Positions 61,547-64,000 of a stretch of DNA of 64,000 bases are shown here, piece after piece. Position 1 is the first letter of the stretch; each line of letters begins with the position of its first letter. This DNA comes from Nitrospirota bacterium. GTDB lineage: Bacteria; Nitrospirota; UBA9217. The notes beneath the pieces are model-generated. The model saw nothing but the letters and a program-made list of their open reading frames with translations, was not told the origin of the DNA and did no database searches. Where the stretch lies: NCBI GenBank assembly GCA_963751455.1, contig CAVVUN010000012.1, positions 128,001 to 192,000 of the forward strand, written 5' to 3'. The position numbers and the translations under genes were made by a program.

Positions 61547-63492
61547 TGATGAAGCGGAAAATGAAGAATAACGGGATTCAATTTACCGGGATGCGATCCG
61601 GAAAGAAATTGACCCCTCTCCTGATTGCGCTGCTTTACACGGCCGTCGGGGGGATTTGGATCCTCACCTCCGACAGCATCGTATTCATGATAAGCAGGGA
61701 CCCGGACATCATTACCCGCCTTCAGACCTACAAAGGCTGGTTCTATGTCGCGATAACCGGCTCGATGCTCTTTTGGCTGATTCACCGCTATGGTAATAAA
61801 CTTATGCGGGCCATGGACATATTGAGCGAGAGCGAAGAGCGGTACCGCATTGTTGTAGAGACGGCGCTTGATGCCATCATTACCATTAACGCAGAAAGCA
61901 CGATAGTATTTGCCAATCCTGCCGTAGAAAGGATTCTCGGTTATTCAAACGCTGAAATCGCCGGCCGGAAACTGGATATGCTCATGCCGGAGCGGTTCCG
62001 GCAAAGACACTATGACGGCATTAAACGGTATAGAGAAACAGGGAAAAGACGAGTGTCCTGGCAAAATGTGGAATTTCCGGGATTGCATAAGAGCGGCAGG
62101 GAGATACCTCTCGAGATCTCTTTTGGTGAATTCATCAAAAACCGCGAGCTATTTTTCACCGGTTTTGTGCGCGACCTCAGTGACCGAAAACAAGCCGAAG
62201 AAACGATTAAATATCAGATGTACCACGACCTTCTGACCGGCTTGCCGAACAGGGCACTGTTCATGGACCTTCTGAATCATGAAATAACCAAGGTTCAATT
62301 GACACGGAAGAAACTCGCCGTGTGTTTTTTGGATCTAGACCAGTTTAAGAACGTCAATGATTCGCTGGGACATGCTGCCGGCGATGCTCTGATAAAGGAT
62401 GTCGCAGCCAGGTTAAAGAGCAGTTTGCGCGATTTCGACGCGGTCGCGCGGATAGGAGGCGACGAATTTACGATACTGCTGCCCTTTCTGAACCATTCGG
62501 CGGACGCGTCCAGAATCGCGGATACCATAATGGGGGCCTTTAAAAAACCTTTTATCATCGACGGCCATGAGCTCAGTTTAACCGCGAGCATGGGCATCAG
62601 CCTTTACCCTGAAGACGGCGAAGGCGCGGAGTCCATTGTTAAAAATGCGGATATTGCTTTGCATTATGCAAAGCACCTGGGCCGGAATAATTACCAGTTT
62701 TTCAATACCGCTTTGAACATCAGGACGCTTGAGCGGATTATTCTGGAAAACAGGCTGCGTCAGGCGGTGGAGCGCGGAGAGCTGGTTGTGTATTATCAGC
62801 CGCAAATGGACATAACGACGCGGCGGATAATCGGCGCGGAGGCGCTCGTTCGATGGAACCACCCGGACTTGGGACTGCTGCAGCCGATGCAGTTCATCCC
62901 TATTGCCGAAGAAATAGGATCCATCATTCAAATTGACCAGTGGGTCATGCGTACCGCATGCAGGCAACTCAAGGTCTGGGAGGCAGCCGGACACGGACCG
63001 CAGCATATAACGATCAATCTTTCAGCCCGGCAGTTTCAGCAGCCGGGGCTGCCCGAATTGATCTCAGCGGTACTGGAAGAGACGAAACTCCGCCCGGAAT
63101 GCCTCGGAATCGAGATCACCGAGACGCTTGCCATGCAGGATACGGAATTGACCTCGCGTAACCTGCTCAAGTTGAACTCCATGGGCGTCAGGCTTCTCAT
63201 CGATGACTTCGGCACCGGATATTCTTCATTGAGCTACTTGAAGAAACTGCCTATTCATAAACTCAAGATCGACAAGTCCTTTATCACTGACCTTACCAGG
63301 GACCGCGATTATCAGGCGATCATCAATGCGATAATCGCGATGGCGCACATTCTGAAGATGAAAGTGGTTGCAGAGGGCGTCGAAACGGAAGATCAGATGT
63401 CATACCTGCATTCAAAAGACTGCGATGAAATGCAGGGATACCTTTTCAGCAAGCCTGTCCCTGCCGGGGAATTCGAAAAATTACTTGCGTGA
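61547..63492 (+). CDS. TM-PAS-GGDEF-EAL protein
   Basis: Two TM helices, FixL-like PAS (LMPERF...H), RIGGDEF, EALVRW, DDFGTGYSS. Confidence 0.95.
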
Positions 63493-63633
63493 ATGCCGGG
63501 AAAAATAATACTTCAATTTGATTCTACAGCCTTCTTTTTTTACTAAGGAGTATATCTTATCATTAATTTTCTACTCGTTCCCTCTTGCTTCTACTTTTTT
63601 TCTTACTTTTTCGTTCTTACTTCTCTATTTTTT

Positions 63634-63649
63634 TGTGATTTCAGTCACA
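63634..63649. promoter_or_regulatory. CRP/FNR-family box
   Basis: Perfect TGTGA-TTTCAG-TCACA about 68 bp upstream of the next ATG. Confidence 0.6.
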
Positions 63650-63716
63650 GTTAAATAATACTAAAGAATTATAAGTAATCAGGGAGTAAAATTACCAAGG
63701 GGGAAATGAATTTTAC

Positions 63717-64000
63717 ATGAAGAAGATCATTATCGCGGACCGAATCTGGCAGGGAGTAGGTTTCGAAGTCTATCCGGACAGCGAGGATATCCAGGTATTC
63801 AAAGCCTATTCAAATGAAGATGTGCTGAATCTTCACCGGGAAAACAAGGCGGACCTGATCATCACTGAACTGTATGGAACCGGCATGAGCACGGCCCAGC
63901 TCTGCTCTGTGATCAGAGAAACCCCGGATCTTAAGTACGTTTCTGTAATCGTATGCCGCAAGGACAATGTTATTGAAATTGCTCAAAGCCAAAAGTGCAG
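63717..64000 (+). CDS. atypical receiver-domain protein, runs off the window
   Basis: MKKIIIAD...ADLIITELYG (Glu at the phospho-Asp position)...CSVIRETPDL. Confidence 0.65.
   Translation, partial: MKKIIIADRIWQGVGFEVYPDSEDIQVFKAYSNEDVLNLHRENKADLIITELYGTGMSTAQLCSVIRETPDLKYVSVIVCRKDNVIEIAQSQKC

Overview
A signalling-rich, heavily repeat-invaded bacterial chromosome segment. Gene content suggests an anaerobic Nitrospirota- or Desulfobacterota-like organism (inference only). Scattered single-base frameshifts point to a long-read/MAG assembly or to decay. It encodes six c-di-GMP enzymes (four GGDEF-EAL, one HD-GYP behind a c-di-GMP-I riboswitch, one truncated kinase-AAA-GAF-GGDEF), a frameshifted RND pump, a DEAD-box helicase plus RRM protein, Tex, FadL, a dodecaheme cytochrome, an IS1380-family element and several toxin-antitoxin remnants. 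No rRNA, tRNA or CRISPR array was seen. Highlights: (1) an unassigned ~300-nt, highly structured RNA at 61062-61363 with its own apparent promoter and terminator; (2) a PhcB-like methyltransferase with a PhcS-like sensor kinase, a candidate fatty-acid-methyl-ester signalling locus wired to c-di-GMP; (3) many MITE/REP-like elements that nest in each other, stack at CTAG sites, insert in-frame into proteins, and in one case split an amidohydrolase with an exact 180-nt insertion. All structures were derived by eye; no searches were run.
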